Below, in pieces: positions 22,194 through 36,482 of a stretch of 64,000 bases of DNA. How positions within the stretch are numbered: the stretch's first letter is position 1; each line of letters begins with the position of its first letter. Both the position numbers and the translations under genes were made by a program. The notes beneath the pieces were generated by a model. The model ran no database searches. It was not told the origin of the DNA and saw only the letters and a program-made list of their open reading frames with translations. This DNA is from Marsupella aquatica (lineage: Eukaryota > Plantae > Marchantiophyta), in NCBI GenBank assembly GCA_973895155.1, contig OZ316897.1:11493832-11557831 (forward strand). The letters run 5' to 3'.

Positions 22194-25100
22194 ATGGCGT
22201 TCAGTTACTTGGCCATTACGGCCTTTGTCACTGTAAGTGTCTCTTGCTTTTTCTCCATCGCTCTCCACTTAGAGAAGGTACGCGCTGGAAGTCACTTGTG
22301 CTCAAAGATAGCGGAATACTTGTATCATCTACTGCCAGTATCGGACCATATGACCCTCGATTTGCTGTTTTCACTCCTGTTCGGCGTCGCGGACTCCACA
22401 TTGACAGCAGCTCACTTGGAATATCGTCGAGCCTTTTATAATTAGCTATCCGCGGTGTTCTGTTACAGCTAGACTTCTTTTGCCTGATGGTCCCTACGTT
22501 GTGCCTGCCAAGGTTTTGCCTTGAAACATCCAATCTGGACTTGTGACGAACATGAGTACCTAGCGTTATTTCAAATTCTCTTTTGTTTTCCTTTATGCAT
22601 TCGTATCATGTTTACTCGCTTTACCTATCATTCCCTGAAAATGTATAGTCACATACATAAGAGTGGCTTTATTGAGGTCGATGGATATGCAGCGTCTACC
22701 TTCCATAGCGATGGCCTTCTAGTGTCTTCGTTTAGCACCCTTTGCAGACATTGCTTTCATCTTTTTGAGATTGAAAGATAGCTCTTTCTTGCAACCGGAC
22801 CTATATTTAGAAGCCAAATTTTATTGATGAGTTGTACTAGAACGTTAGAGGTAGCAATTTTGAATCTCTACGTGGGCTGGATTATCTTTCGAAACGTTGG
22901 TTTCTTTTTTTCAACTCTTAACCAGCTCCTGATGGCAATTCGTGCGCTAGTTTGCTCTCTGCTCTGTTCTGGCAATCGTCATTGTTGCACGCCCTGTCGG
23001 TTCTCAACGTTAATGCTTGGCAACCTTGATTATATGAATTATTCTAGCGCCTAAGCTGGATGATGATCTTTTGTGTCCGCAGATTGGGATTCAATTCACC
23101 TTCTTCCTCATTGCTTACACCTTAAGAATAGACAAGGTTACAGACTTCGCCGGTGAGCTAATCCATCTATACCAGGTCACTCTTTCGAATTTTACTACAG
23201 ATGTTTCTGGGGGAACTCATATCATGTAGCGGAGCATTTTTCAAGGTTTCTTCAAGTCACTGAGAAGTACGCTGTTGCCAGCCCTTTTTTTCAACTCCGG
23301 ACAATATCTAACCGTCCCTACGTTGTGTGTCTGATTTTACACAGGAACCATAAACTTTGTTGTACTTGCGATCCTAACCTTCTTTCTAAAGCACACGTAC
23401 CATTTCAGACAGGTGGGCAATTCTGTTGCTAATTTGTCTTTGCATTCTTTCCCTATATTACCCATCGTGTATGTCAATTTGTTGCAAGGCCATATACTGG
23501 TGGTTCCTTATCCCTTCTAAACTATTTTCACTCCTGATCGTCGAGTTTACTCCAACATGTTACGTATTTTCAGAGTTTGAAGGAATGTTTTTTTTCCTGT
23601 GCAGATAGTATTGACTACATTTGTCATTGTTTGGGGACTCCGTTTAGGAATCTTTTTACTTCTAAGGTTTGGATTGTTGTTACCCCTTCCTATGGACGTG
23701 AAACTCACTTTTCTCAATTGCTGTTGTCTTGTTTGAAAAGTGAATTGGTTTTTAATTTTACAGTGATTAGAGTCGCTTGCCGCATATCTGATGATATCCC
23801 AGTTCGTAGCATAATCCAGTGATAGCTAGTAACTTGTACAATTTAGTGCACGGCTAGCTATCAACTTTTATAAAATTTTCGGTGAAAGAAATAATTAAAA
23901 TTGATGCTCGTTATGCAACTCACTAAATTGCGTTCTGATGTCTGATATCTAGGATTTTGGCCTGGGGTGAAGACAATCGCTTTGATGACAAGCGCGACAA
24001 TCTGGTCAGATTTGCTGTCTTCTGGATTCTTCAGGTGAGCCTGAGCAGTTATTTTTCATGACTATTGGGTCCAATTTCTCTAGCGCTTGAGTAGGATTCT
24101 AACACTTTGTTCTGCATCTTACTTCAAGAGCCTATTCGGTCTAATATTATTTTTGTGTTTTATGGATTGGGTGGTACAGGCAGTGTGGGTGTGGACGGTG
24201 TCTCTTCCTGTGACAGTAGTGAATGAAGTGAGTAGAAATCCCGGGTTAAGACCGCAGGATTATATTGGTTGGGTAATGTGGGGCGTCGGTACTGCGATTG
24301 AGGCCCTTGCTGATCAAACTAAGCTCAATTTCAAGAACAACCCTCAGAACAAAGGAAAATGGACTGATGCTGGAGTTTGGGGATGGTCTCGGCACCCAAA
24401 CTACTTCGGAGAGGTGAGGAGTCAATGAAACTTCAAGTATTGGTCGTTATGCTTACGTGATAGGACTTGTTACTAAACATATCGCGTTCTTATGGCAGTT
24501 AATGGACCGCAACTAGACTTTAACTAGGGAAAGATTTTTGTACTCAACTCGCTGACTTAGCGGTGTTGGCATTTGGCAGATCTTGCTGTGGTGGGGGGTG
24601 TTTGTGGCTTCGACTCCTGTTTTGAAAGGAGGACAATGGGCTGTAATTGCGGGTCCTATCTTCCTTACATTGCTCCTCCTCTTCGTCAGTGGAATTCCAC
24701 TTTTGGAGGTATGATGCTCCCAGTGCTTGTCCATCTATCAATCATGCGATGTTACCGCCAGTCGATTTTGTCTTTCGTGACGATTTGATCGTTTTTCAGT
24801 TAATTAGACATTGCCTACCCTACTCGGCTGGAAAACATGAATTGGAAATAGACCAATCATTGGGGTCTGTGATATTCTCAACTCCCATGAGACGAATGTT
24901 CGGTGATGCCAATTTCGATACGTTTTTGCAGTCATCGGCAGACAAACGGCACGGAAGCAAGCCAGAGTATATTCAATACAAGAAACAAACGAGGTATGAA
25001 ACTTTTCCATGCTTCGGGTTATACTTAAGAGCCATTTTGTGCTGTAAACGACAATATCAACTCCTCTAAGGAGTTGTGAATTCTGTGTTTACTCTATGCA

Positions 25101-25464
25101 TTTTGAATCTGTCGGGAGCCTCTTCCACATAACTTCATAATATTCGGCTCAAAGAAGGAACATATTTTCAAACCTACTTACCTCATCTGAAACAATGGTA
25201 TAGTGTTACGTTAGCTATGTAAGTGTGGCATTATATTGCACAGCGTACGATGAGTTTAAGCAAAGTTAAATGTTCTTGCAATTGATCCAATATCTGTGGG
25301 TACTGTGTGACAGCCCTGTTTTTCCATTACCACCACAACTGTATGGACGTCTGCCTCAATGGTCCAAACAGATATTTCTGTTGGAGTTTCCTCTGTACAA
25401 CAAAAAGCTTGCTACTGGTGAGCAGGAGCCACGACCTGGAACTTCATCTGATGAAGTAGTATGA
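22194..25464 (+). CDS. DUF1295 / steroid 5-alpha-reductase-like membrane protein, 9 coding exons
   Basis: Exons 22194-22232, 23083-23152, 23345-23412, 23605-23666, 23953-24034, 24180-24413, 24580-24708, 24932-24993 and 25314-25464. Motifs DKVTDFAG, WGLRLGIFL, WGEDNRFD, QAVWVWTVSLP, ADQTK, WSRHPNYFGEILLWWG and SGIPLLE. Confidence 0.93.
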
Positions 25465-28050
25465 CATAGCGCATCAGCAATCTTGCCCTAACCGGGAAAA
25501 GAAGTCAGTGGTTGTTATGGCGCTGTCGGCTTCAGTGAGGGCGTATAGGTTTAGTTATAGTGCATTTGTTCAATCATTTTGTCAGATCCGGCACATAGGT
25601 TAATTCGATCATTCAGTTGTCAAGTGGTTTTGTCAGATACCTCTTGATGTAGCACATAGGTGATTCAATCAATCATGTCTCCAATGATTTTGTCAGATTC
25701 CCCTTGATTGAGGTCACAGCTTTTGAACGAACGTGGCCATGGGGGTCACATCGTAATCATTCGTAGGTGTGACTGCTAATTCTGCATGTTCACCCACAGC
25801 CTTAAGTGGTAGTGTCCATGCAACGGCGTCACAGGTGTATTCATAGCCGTAGTGTCTTAGTTTTGTCTTCTCATTGGAAGATGATGGTGTCAATTAGCTT
25901 GCAGTTCAACGATCTTGTATGTGAGGTCTTTTCCCTGTAAACATTTTCGAAAGCCTAAAGCATTTGGATAGCTTTAGAAACCGTCTAGTTATCTTTTCCG
26001 CAATTGTGACCAGCTCCCTCGATTTCATGTCGTTCTGCAGCAGTTTTGTGAAAACATGGGAATCATGTGATATATTTGAGTGTTGCATTGGGGCATATGA
26101 CTGACACCTTTGACCTTGGCAGATTAACGAGTAACAACTTGGGTCAGAAGTTCTTTAGTGGCGTCGGGATGGTCAACTTGTCACAACCTTGGAGGGTTCC
26201 GTTTGTGGATATGATTCGAGAATAAAAAATGAGTTTCTCTTAGTTTTTTGAAGCTGTAATGAGGCTGTTCTGAACATTGATAGAGTTCCATCTTGGGTAT
26301 CTTTCTTCCTCGTTGATTAGCGTCCCAGTTAGATGACTTGCTTACTGCGGACAAGTCACATGGAGGGATTCTTAGAATCTTGCTGTAAATAGTATTACTG
26401 ACTTACGTAATCATGGAGTCCTAGTTGTGGATAGCTCTCCAGTATCTAATGGTGTAAATGCTAAGAATGAGTGGGTTAGTGGAACTAGTAGCTGTCTTGT
26501 GGTGTCCTAAACAGTCTTCAGAGTTTCAGCGAGGCTGACATGGCTTCTAGCTTTCAGCACATGAGATTGTGAGCTATGAGACTTGGGGTTGAGGGTTTAG
26601 GGTTTTTTACTGGACGAAATATCTAAGTACTCAGTGTCTCTGTTCAGAATATTTTGCATTTTACTAGCGTAGGGCAATTCACCGCCGTGAGTTGTGACAA
26701 TTAATAATTTTCTCGGAAAATACCCTTCGAGATGTGAGTAAGATGACCTTGATGTGCAGACCTTTGCGCCATGCGTTTTGCAGCATGAGGTTACACAGGA
26801 ATTTGTACCCTTTTATGATTCGCGCGAATTAATTGGTATGCATGTAGAATGTTAGTATGTCAAAATTAGTCACATTACAGATCTTCTAGGAATAGACAGT
26901 TTCACTGCGTATCAATCTACTTTCATCACCAGACACACGCTTTTGAATGCATTGCTACATGTCCATGAGGGACTGAACACAAGCTTACATTATTGAATGT
27001 GCTGCAAAGATATCCAGTAGGAACTGAATGCAATCTTGGCCATTCTTACTACTGTTGCACCTTATAGACTAGTTCCATCTTTCTGAATACTTTGTGAAAT
27101 CCGAAAATGAGTGAACTCCTCTCTTGAACCACTGTGCCCAACGGAGTCGTTATTAATGCTCATCCAGATTAGCCAGAACTGTCCGGGCTGTGATGGTGAG
27201 TACCATCATGCCCGTTTCCTGTTTCACCTGCAATGCCGCAGCTATGCCCCTGAAGTCAAGGTCTAGAGGCTTCACTCTAGACTGTAGACCTTTGTCCTAG
27301 CGATCTCGCTGTGTTAGATGACGTTGGTGTAAAAGACTATGGATGGAGGTCATGCTCTCCCTTCAGAATCCAATGTTATCTTTATGTGAGGTTCGCAGGG
27401 ATGAGAACTGGGTCTTTGATGTAGAAGTCCATAGAGTTGGAACGTCATGTTCATCATCTCGATGGTAGATTGCAAAAGACTGCTGAAGCATTAGAACTTC
27501 TGCTTGGGTCTAGATTCTGTAGATCTGGTTCCTTGTGGTATCTCATGAGCCGATCTTCTAGCCACAGAAGACTTCAGTAGGACCGAGGAAAGCTGTACCC
27601 AACTTCTGTCCATATAGCAAGTGAAATACTGGAAAGCCAAGAAAACTGCCAGGTCACGGTACAAAATGACGCCACCAGCAAGTGGCTTCATCTTTCCACG
27701 TTCATTTTCCAGCGACTATTTTTGGGGAGCGTGGAGTACTCACCGGAAGTAGTCTTTGTCCCAGCCTTTCAATAGCACCGACTAGAGAAATCCACTAGAA
27801 TTTATAGAAATGGGTCAGCGCAGTCATATTAGATAAACTTTCTTTAGGAGAACGGTAGAACAAATTTGATCACATTGTAGCGAATACAAGCTTTTGAGTA
27901 TTGGATATTTTATGGTCAAGGTAACATTGTTATGAAAAATACCTGACCAGCGTAAGCCCAATGTATTCCAGTCTTGTGGTAGCTATCAAGGTAAAACGCA
28001 CCATCTGATGACTTCATTCCCTTACCGTTGCATTGAAAATACCTGGACAG

Positions 28051-28445
28051 TTGCATCATCACTTCGGCAGACAGCTCCAGACAAGTATCCACATGCTGGT
28101 GTGTCAAGAGCACCACTATTTATGGCCATGAGCTATTGTGACACTTGGGTAATTGCATCATCACTTCCCAGACAGCTCCACAAAGGTATCCATGGGCTGG
28201 TTTGCCAAGAGCACCACTATCCGTACTAATGACCCACATTCATAAAGAGATCTCGGTGACCGAACAACAGACCCAAGCCTGAGCTATCCATTGATGGTCC
28301 CTAGGATTGGGTACGAGTGCAGCATATGAAGGGACTGTTTGCTATTGGGTACTAGCGCAGATCTCGGTGACCCGACAACAGTGCCAAGCCTGAGCTATCC
28401 ATTGATGGTCCCTAGGATTGGGTACGAGTGCAGCATATGAAGGGC
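28051..28445. repeat. Two adjacent independent tandem duplications (~102 bp and ~112 bp periods)
   Basis: 'ttgcatcatcactt...caagagcaccactat' at 28051 and 28153. 'agatctcggtgacc...ccaagcctgagctatccattgatggtccctaggattgggtacgagtgcagcatatgaaggg' at ~28248 and ~28360. Confidence 0.92.
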
Positions 28446-30435
28446 AAGGGCCTGTTTTTGCTCCAGGACATGCATAACAACCCTTTGCAGATTTGTTCTT
28501 TACCTCGAAATAAACACTCTGCTAAGCATCGAAGTGTCAACTATGGGGTGGTGATGGGGACCAAAAAGCCACCCAAGGCGTGGAAGATTTGTCCGCAGGC
28601 CGTGTATGATGCAAGCTCAGTGATGACAGCTAAGATTGGTGGGGAAAGCATTCCCATGCTTGCCCCAGAACCATAGGAATGACAATGCTAAGTAAGTCCT
28701 ACAGAGTAATGTTAATGCTGATCTACGCTGGAAATAAAAACATACGTACCATCAGAAATTGAACCAGAGATCACTATGGATGTAACCATTAGAGTTTCAG
28801 TTTTTGTCTGCGGCTTGTCCTTAGTTTAATATGGGGAGGAGTAACTTCACTGGATTTCCATACTCGTTTCTCTTTGTGCTTCGTTTATCTTAGCCACTTG
28901 TTTAGTAAAGTGGTTTGTTCGCTGTTTGCTGCTTTTCTCCAGTTTTGAGTCGACACAACAGCGATAGTACTCAAATCGCTATCAAAGAAGACCATAGGGC
29001 CTATGAGTACTCCTACTTAGAAGTTTGAGAGGGTCGTTGTTCTGAAGGCATGAAAGGGTAGAGAAATTTCTCACCCATACAAGTTCCGCAGCTGGAACCT
29101 GCATGCGGGATCTCTTGAACGTTTCCAGTAAGACAATGCCAGTCAAATGGATATTTTCAGCCACACACTCATTGTCTACTTTGTCCCTACCACATGTGGG
29201 CGCCATAATCAACAACAGGAGAAACTCAAGCTCTGCGATCTGTCGTGACCCGCAAACTATGATTACAAACTCCAGCCAATGTCTGCGACCCAATCACTCA
29301 CATAGCTTAACAGAGACATTTTGTTCAAGTAGAGCGAACACTTGAGAGTCTATGATGCAATGAATATCCCTGGCAAGAGTCTTTGGTTCGAGAACAGCCT
29401 CGGTAAATCAGCACGTTGTGCAGCACCGATTAAAAAATTACGTTACAGGAGCTGCTCCCAAGAACTTTCAGGCACCCCAGAAACTGTTGCCCGACGAAAT
29501 CAGGACCCCTTCTGCAGCATGACTAGGAACAACGGCACTACTCATCTCTAAAATTCTAGGCTGGGATTTGTCACTTCCCCGACTTCCTGGGTAGAGGTTG
29601 ACGTTACTCAATACATGCTCAAGACCCTCTATAAGCTTCACATGTTGACCCCCTTGTTGACGATATAGGCACAAGTGAACAAGGTACAGGATTAAGGGCT
29701 ATTGCCTTTTGAGACCGGAGTCATCTCTTTGGAAGATTTGATTGAAAATGAACAGCATCCTTTATTGAAAAACATTTCAAGACATGGTCGGTCGCTGCAC
29801 ACAAATGGCAGTATCGGAAATGGCAGTTCATGCGAGGAGCCTACGAACTTGAGCACTGTACAACTGTGGAATATCTACACAATGCTGGAAGAGTAGGAAA
29901 TACAATTCTTCCATTCAAAAAATAGTCCGCGACACATACCGTCTAGCAGACGTGGAATGTAGGATGGTGGTTGATAACAGCGAATTGATCCAGAGTCCAT
30001 CTTCCGGCCTCTACTATTAGTTAAGGAGAAACGCAACTGAGCACTGCCGAGACGAGCGGCAACTTTTTTATAGGTCCCGAAAACTGCCGCGATCTTCTAT
30101 TTCACCCTGACAGTGCCATGTTGAATTTTTAAAAAGTCTCCGGATAGGCTCGTGGAAGTGGTAATCCCTAGCAAGATCCAAACTTCTACTGTACAAATTC
30201 TAATGCCCTTTATTTCCGCCGGAGGGCTTTCCAACTGAAAATATGCTGTGCTCGAGAATACGCTGAGCAGTGGAAATTCTTAAATTCAAAGGGTCCCCTC
30301 AAGCTTGGAGAGTGTCTCCCAGTTCAACGCAGCAAGTATAGCAGGGACAATAAACTTGCGAACACCCACCAGTCCTTCGCGGTGAGGACGATCCAACTCA
30401 GAGAGGAATCAGGATAGCTTTTGCCACGGAGCTCT

Positions 30436-32104
<1,669 letters not shown>

Positions 32105-32149
32105 TCACCACTCACTCCGCCTCCAATTCCTCAGGCGAGCGGTCCAGCG

Positions 32150-32380
32150 ATCGCTCCCTTCCTCTCTCCGTCCCTGCCTCCCTCCCTTCCTCTCTCCGTC
32201 CCTGCCTCCCTCCCTTCCTCTCTCTCGAGCTTTGAATGACTGAATCAATTCGACCGAATGAGAAGAATGGCAAAAGAGCACGACAGGGGAGAGAGGAAAA
32301 AAGGTGAAGGGCAGATGAGTACTGATCGAGAAGGAGAGAAGAAGAAGATGACGAAGTAGAAGTAGAAGTAGAAGTAGAAG
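32150..32380. repeat. CT/GA-rich low-complexity and (AGAAGT)n microsatellite in the UBC leader/promoter region
   Basis: 'cctccctt' repeats at ~32150-32225 and agaagt-type repeats at ~32352-32380. Confidence 0.8.
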
Positions 32381-32976
32381 AACGCAAAGGAGCGAAGGAA
32401 AGGAACCCAAAATCCACACAACGAGAGAACACAACGAGTCTTTCTCTAGAACCCGAAACCAACCCAACCACTTCACGAAAAGGAGGCCAACAACACAGAG
32501 AGAGCGAGAGAGAGAGAGTCAGGGTCCAGTCCCGACAGACCGACGAGAACACGAGTCTTTTCCTCACCCGCGTGGTCGTCGACGACCTACGACTCTATTA
32601 ATTCTACTCCATCTCTGTCGTCGCCTCTTTCCTTCTTTCCTTCGATCGCTCCGCCCACGCCATCGCCAATCCCCGAACTCGCGCTCCTGCTTCGACAATG
32701 ATTCCGATTCAATTTTTTTTTCATTCTCGGGGCCCGACCGCGTGCGAGGCAGCCATCATTTTATATTATTGTAAATTGCTGCCCATCATGATTGCTTTCT
32801 TCTCGATTCTTATTCGTTCTCCTCTTCGCGTGCTCTGGGTTTGGTGAAGTGGGTCTCTCTCCTCTGAGGCTCTGATAGTCTGATCCTCTCTCTCGCTAGC
32901 TCGCTCTCTCGGTTTTCGTGCATTGCGTTGCATCGCTTTGAATCGTTCCTCTGTCCAGAGCTCCAACAAATTCAAC

Positions 32977-33447
32977 AACAGGGGTTCCCCAAGGAGGAAA
33001 CCTCGGTCGCTCCCTGCGATGGCCTCCTTGCCTGCTTTGGCCGTCGGCGGGGTTCGAACGTGGACCGAACAGAGGTCCCCGAGGAGGAAACCTCGGTGTC
33101 CCCCCTTTTTGCTTGCTTGGCCGTCTGCGGGGGTCGAACGTGGACCGAACAGAGGTCCCTGCCTGGCTTGCTTGGGCGTCTGCGGGGTTCGAACGTGGAC
33201 CGAACAGGGGCTCCCAAGGAGGAAACCTCGGTCGCTCTCCTTTTATTTTTATAGCTTTGCGTCTTGGCCGTCGGCGGGGTTCGAACGCGGACCGAACAGG
33301 GGTTCCGAAGGAGGATACCTCGGTCGCTCGCTTTTACTGCTTTGCGTTTTGGCCGCCTGCGGGGTTCGAACGTGACCGAACAGAGGTTCCGAAGGAGGAA
33401 ACCCCGGTTGCTTGCTTGGCCGTCGGCGGGGTTCGAACGTGGACCGA
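32977..33447. repeat. GC-rich structured repeat array: ~60-66-nt core x ~6.5 with variable T-rich linkers
   Basis: Core 'ttggccgtcggcggggttcgaacgtggaccgaacag(a/g)ggttcc..aggaggaaacctcggtcgctc' starts at 33037, 33117 (truncated), 33172, 33264, 33349 and 33416 (partial), plus a 3' half at 32977. Confidence 0.97.
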
Positions 33448-34967
33448 GTGGAGAGGCCCGGCGAGATGGCCCCCCAGCTTTCCAGGCATTTATAGGCTCT
33501 GTGCCACTGTCCCTTCGTGGAAAAGGAGAGGGTGAGGGTTTTGTTTTTTGCCTCTCCGTCATTGTATATCAAAATAATTGTATATAAAAATACGACAATA
33601 CATGTGATATAGTATTTGACTCCATGCCAACATAAACCTAATTATTATACGTTAGAATTATTGGTTGAGTGTACAACATATATTATCATATTTTGATGTG
33701 CAATTTTGGGATGTTTATTTTTTTAGATGTAAAGGTAATAAGTAAAGTCGGGTGGTGTGAGTCACTTGGGAGTGTGAAAGAGTTTTTTCTAGAGGGTGTA
33801 TTTGGAAATAAAACCTCCTGCTAAAATATTCCAGGAGGATGTATTTTGTACGATTGTGGAGAGCAAAAAGGGTTTAATGAGAAAAAAATGCAGTGTGAAA
33901 GATTCATTTTCATTCTAATAAACAACCACATACCCAAATATTATTCTCCTGGTTTCATCTTTTACTTTAAAAGTAAGGTAGGCACTGAAAAATCGATGCT
34001 TACATCAAGATGCTTAGAACCTTCTTAAATTTTACGTCACAAAGCTATTTTGGGAGATTTCACAAGCACCCCAATAATTTGTTAGTCAAGTCCAAAATTT
34101 TTGGACAAACTGGAATGGCACTAAGGTAAATTTTTCTATCATGTCCATGAGTTGGGATGGTCTGGATGATGAGGGGGAGTGGGGGAGGGAAGGAGGAGAA
34201 TATTATGATTTCCAAGACAGTCAGATTAAACTCTCCAAAGTCCTGTAGACAATACAAAGGAACAAATGAAACAGGGATTTTCTACAATGTGGGTATGTTG
34301 GGGAGAGAGGTACACATCTCTCCCCAACATATAATTAATCCGTGGACCCCCATATTCATCCAAGGAATGTGTGCATGATGAAGTGAAATCAATTTTCAAC
34401 AAGGCAGTGACTGACAGTTTGAGTCTCCCAATGGTGTTGGTGTGTACTTGTATAAAAGAAAACGCTCAAAAGATAGAGGAGATTTATCAAACAAAAGGTT
34501 GAATGTGGAGGAATTAAGTTTTTTGACGGTTTTTGCTTACACATTATTGGAGAAATTGTGTTTTTACCATTCTTGATTGATAATTTGTGAGTTACATTGA
34601 ACATTACCGCCACAAGACAGACTGGAGGACAACACTCAGCTGTTGGCAAAGAGCGCTTTTTGATTCAGTGGGAAGAACACAAAAAATGAACGAGCCATCA
34701 CTTCACACGAAGGATTTGTAGTTTTTTTTATTTAAGAAAACTATGGTGTGAGAGGGAGACCAACAATTGTTTCTTTGACATAGAGGTTGCATTTGGCGTC
34801 AACTTGTCTTCACAGTGAGCTTCAGTTGAAGACTAGAGGGATGCAAACAATTCAAGTCAGGAAGCAAGCATTGTGGACAAGCGATGACGATGTGATCAAA
34901 GAAATCAATTTGCAACGGCTAAGTTTTTGACAATGACGAGATTGTGATATCTCTTAATCGAGAAAGG

Positions 34968-35410
34968 GTTTCCAATGAGCCTCAGATTGACAAATTTTGT
35001 AAAGTTCTAAATGAGTTTTTGAATTTCTTTGCCTTTCCAATGAGTGTGAGTATAAGAAATTTTGATCATGAGTTCATGAATTCTTTTCGCTTTCCAACAT
35101 TGAGTTCGACATTGTCAAATTTTGTCACGATACTAGAGAGATCATGAGGTTTTCAATCTCTTCAGCTTTCTAATGTGTGACATTGAGACTATTTGTCAAG
35201 AATTAGAGAGATCATGAGTATCTGAAATTTTCTAGCTTTCCAATGAACCTAACATTGATAGATTTTGTCAAGTACTAAGGAGATGATGAGTTTTTTATTT
35301 TACTCTAGCTTTCCAATGAGAGGTCTAAGTATGTTTCTAAATCTTGATCTTGAGTTTTCCAATGAATCAAACATTGACAGATTTTATCAAGTATTAAGGA
35401 GATTGATTAT
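34968..35410. repeat. Degenerate short-period repeat cluster in AT-rich TE-like DNA
   Basis: Recurring 'tttccaatga', 'acattga.agattttgtcaag' and 'agagatcatgag' blocks. Confidence 0.75.
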
Positions 35411-36482
35411 TTAGTTTTACAATGTGACGCCAAAGGGGTTTTAACTATGTACATTTCTATCAATTGGTTTTTTCAAACTTGCAAACAATTAAAAAATACA
35501 AGCATTTTGATATAAAACACTTATACATCTTTGACAAACATCATAATGGTAACTTTATTTTACTAAATGACATCTCTTCCTTTGTATTTTGGTTTTTTTA
35601 CATTTAATATTTACGGCATGGCGCCCCAAAAATTACATTACTTTTGCCACAAACAGGAATGTGCATGTTTGTCATTGTTAAAAGTAGGATCATTCCTGTT
35701 TGTGGCTGGTTGTGATGATGTGGTGCAACCTCGTGGCAGAGAATTTGCAAGAGACTTCTCATGGGGGTCCGTAAAGAAATACCATTGGATACCGTGACCA
35801 GGGTCTCAAAGGAGTAAGGAAGCTGGTGAAGCCTTCCGTTGGGTAGGAGTCAACTTAAATCTTAGGTTACAGTTTGTCAATTACTGAGTGGGGCCATGTC
35901 TAGAGCAGAGGGTGTCAATTTTGAACCCATACTCCATTCCAAGCAACTTTCTGGCTTCTTTCTCAAACGAATAAAAATCATAAAACCCAAAAAGTACATT
36001 AAGAAAAGCCCCATAAAGACGGACAAGAAAAAACAAAACCACAGAGGATTGCACCACGTAACATGCATTTTAGATAAAGGTGCCTTTATTTGAAGTGGGC
36101 AGTTGTGACCATTTTTCACCAAAGCAAATGTTTGACAATTCTTGTTCTAAAGAAACTTCTTCCCCTTCATTGGGTTGATTTGCCTTTGAGATCATGTCAA
36201 TCATGTCTCCCGGTGCAACATTTTCTGCCATGGGGCACTCTGATATATATATAACCAAAAAGTTTATTGTGATAAAGTTATCCATAAATTCCCTGGACCC
36301 TGAGATGTGTTGTACACTTTCGGGTCAAAACTAAGCATGAGAAAAAAGACCGGGCCCTACAAGTTTTCTGTTGACCAAAGCTACTCAAAAGTGTCTACCT
36401 ACCAAATTGGTGGATAAGAACTTTAGATTATTTTTCAAAACATTGACCAGGTCAATTCTTGGGATAGGTTGCCTCTCCTTGC

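Noticed and set aside
27100-27720. Possible decayed LEA_2/NHL-like gene on the minus strand
   Set aside because: Only a hydrophobic patch and vague fragments in different frames; not enough to call.
32977-33447. CRISPR array (repeat plus variable spacer appearance)
   Set aside because: The context is plant nuclear DNA with no cas genes. Cores are ~60+ nt and degenerate, and linkers vary from ~7 to 26 nt, are low-complexity and resemble each other.
33037-33447. Functional tRNA genes (GGTTCGAAC T-loop motif)
   Set aside because: The bases flanking TTCGAAC do not form a T-stem on either strand, and no cloverleaf with D and anticodon arms could be built.
32923-33587. Several overlapping 107-196 aa ORFs
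   Set aside because: By-products of a GC-rich, stop-poor tandem repeat; open in most frames with no domain signal.
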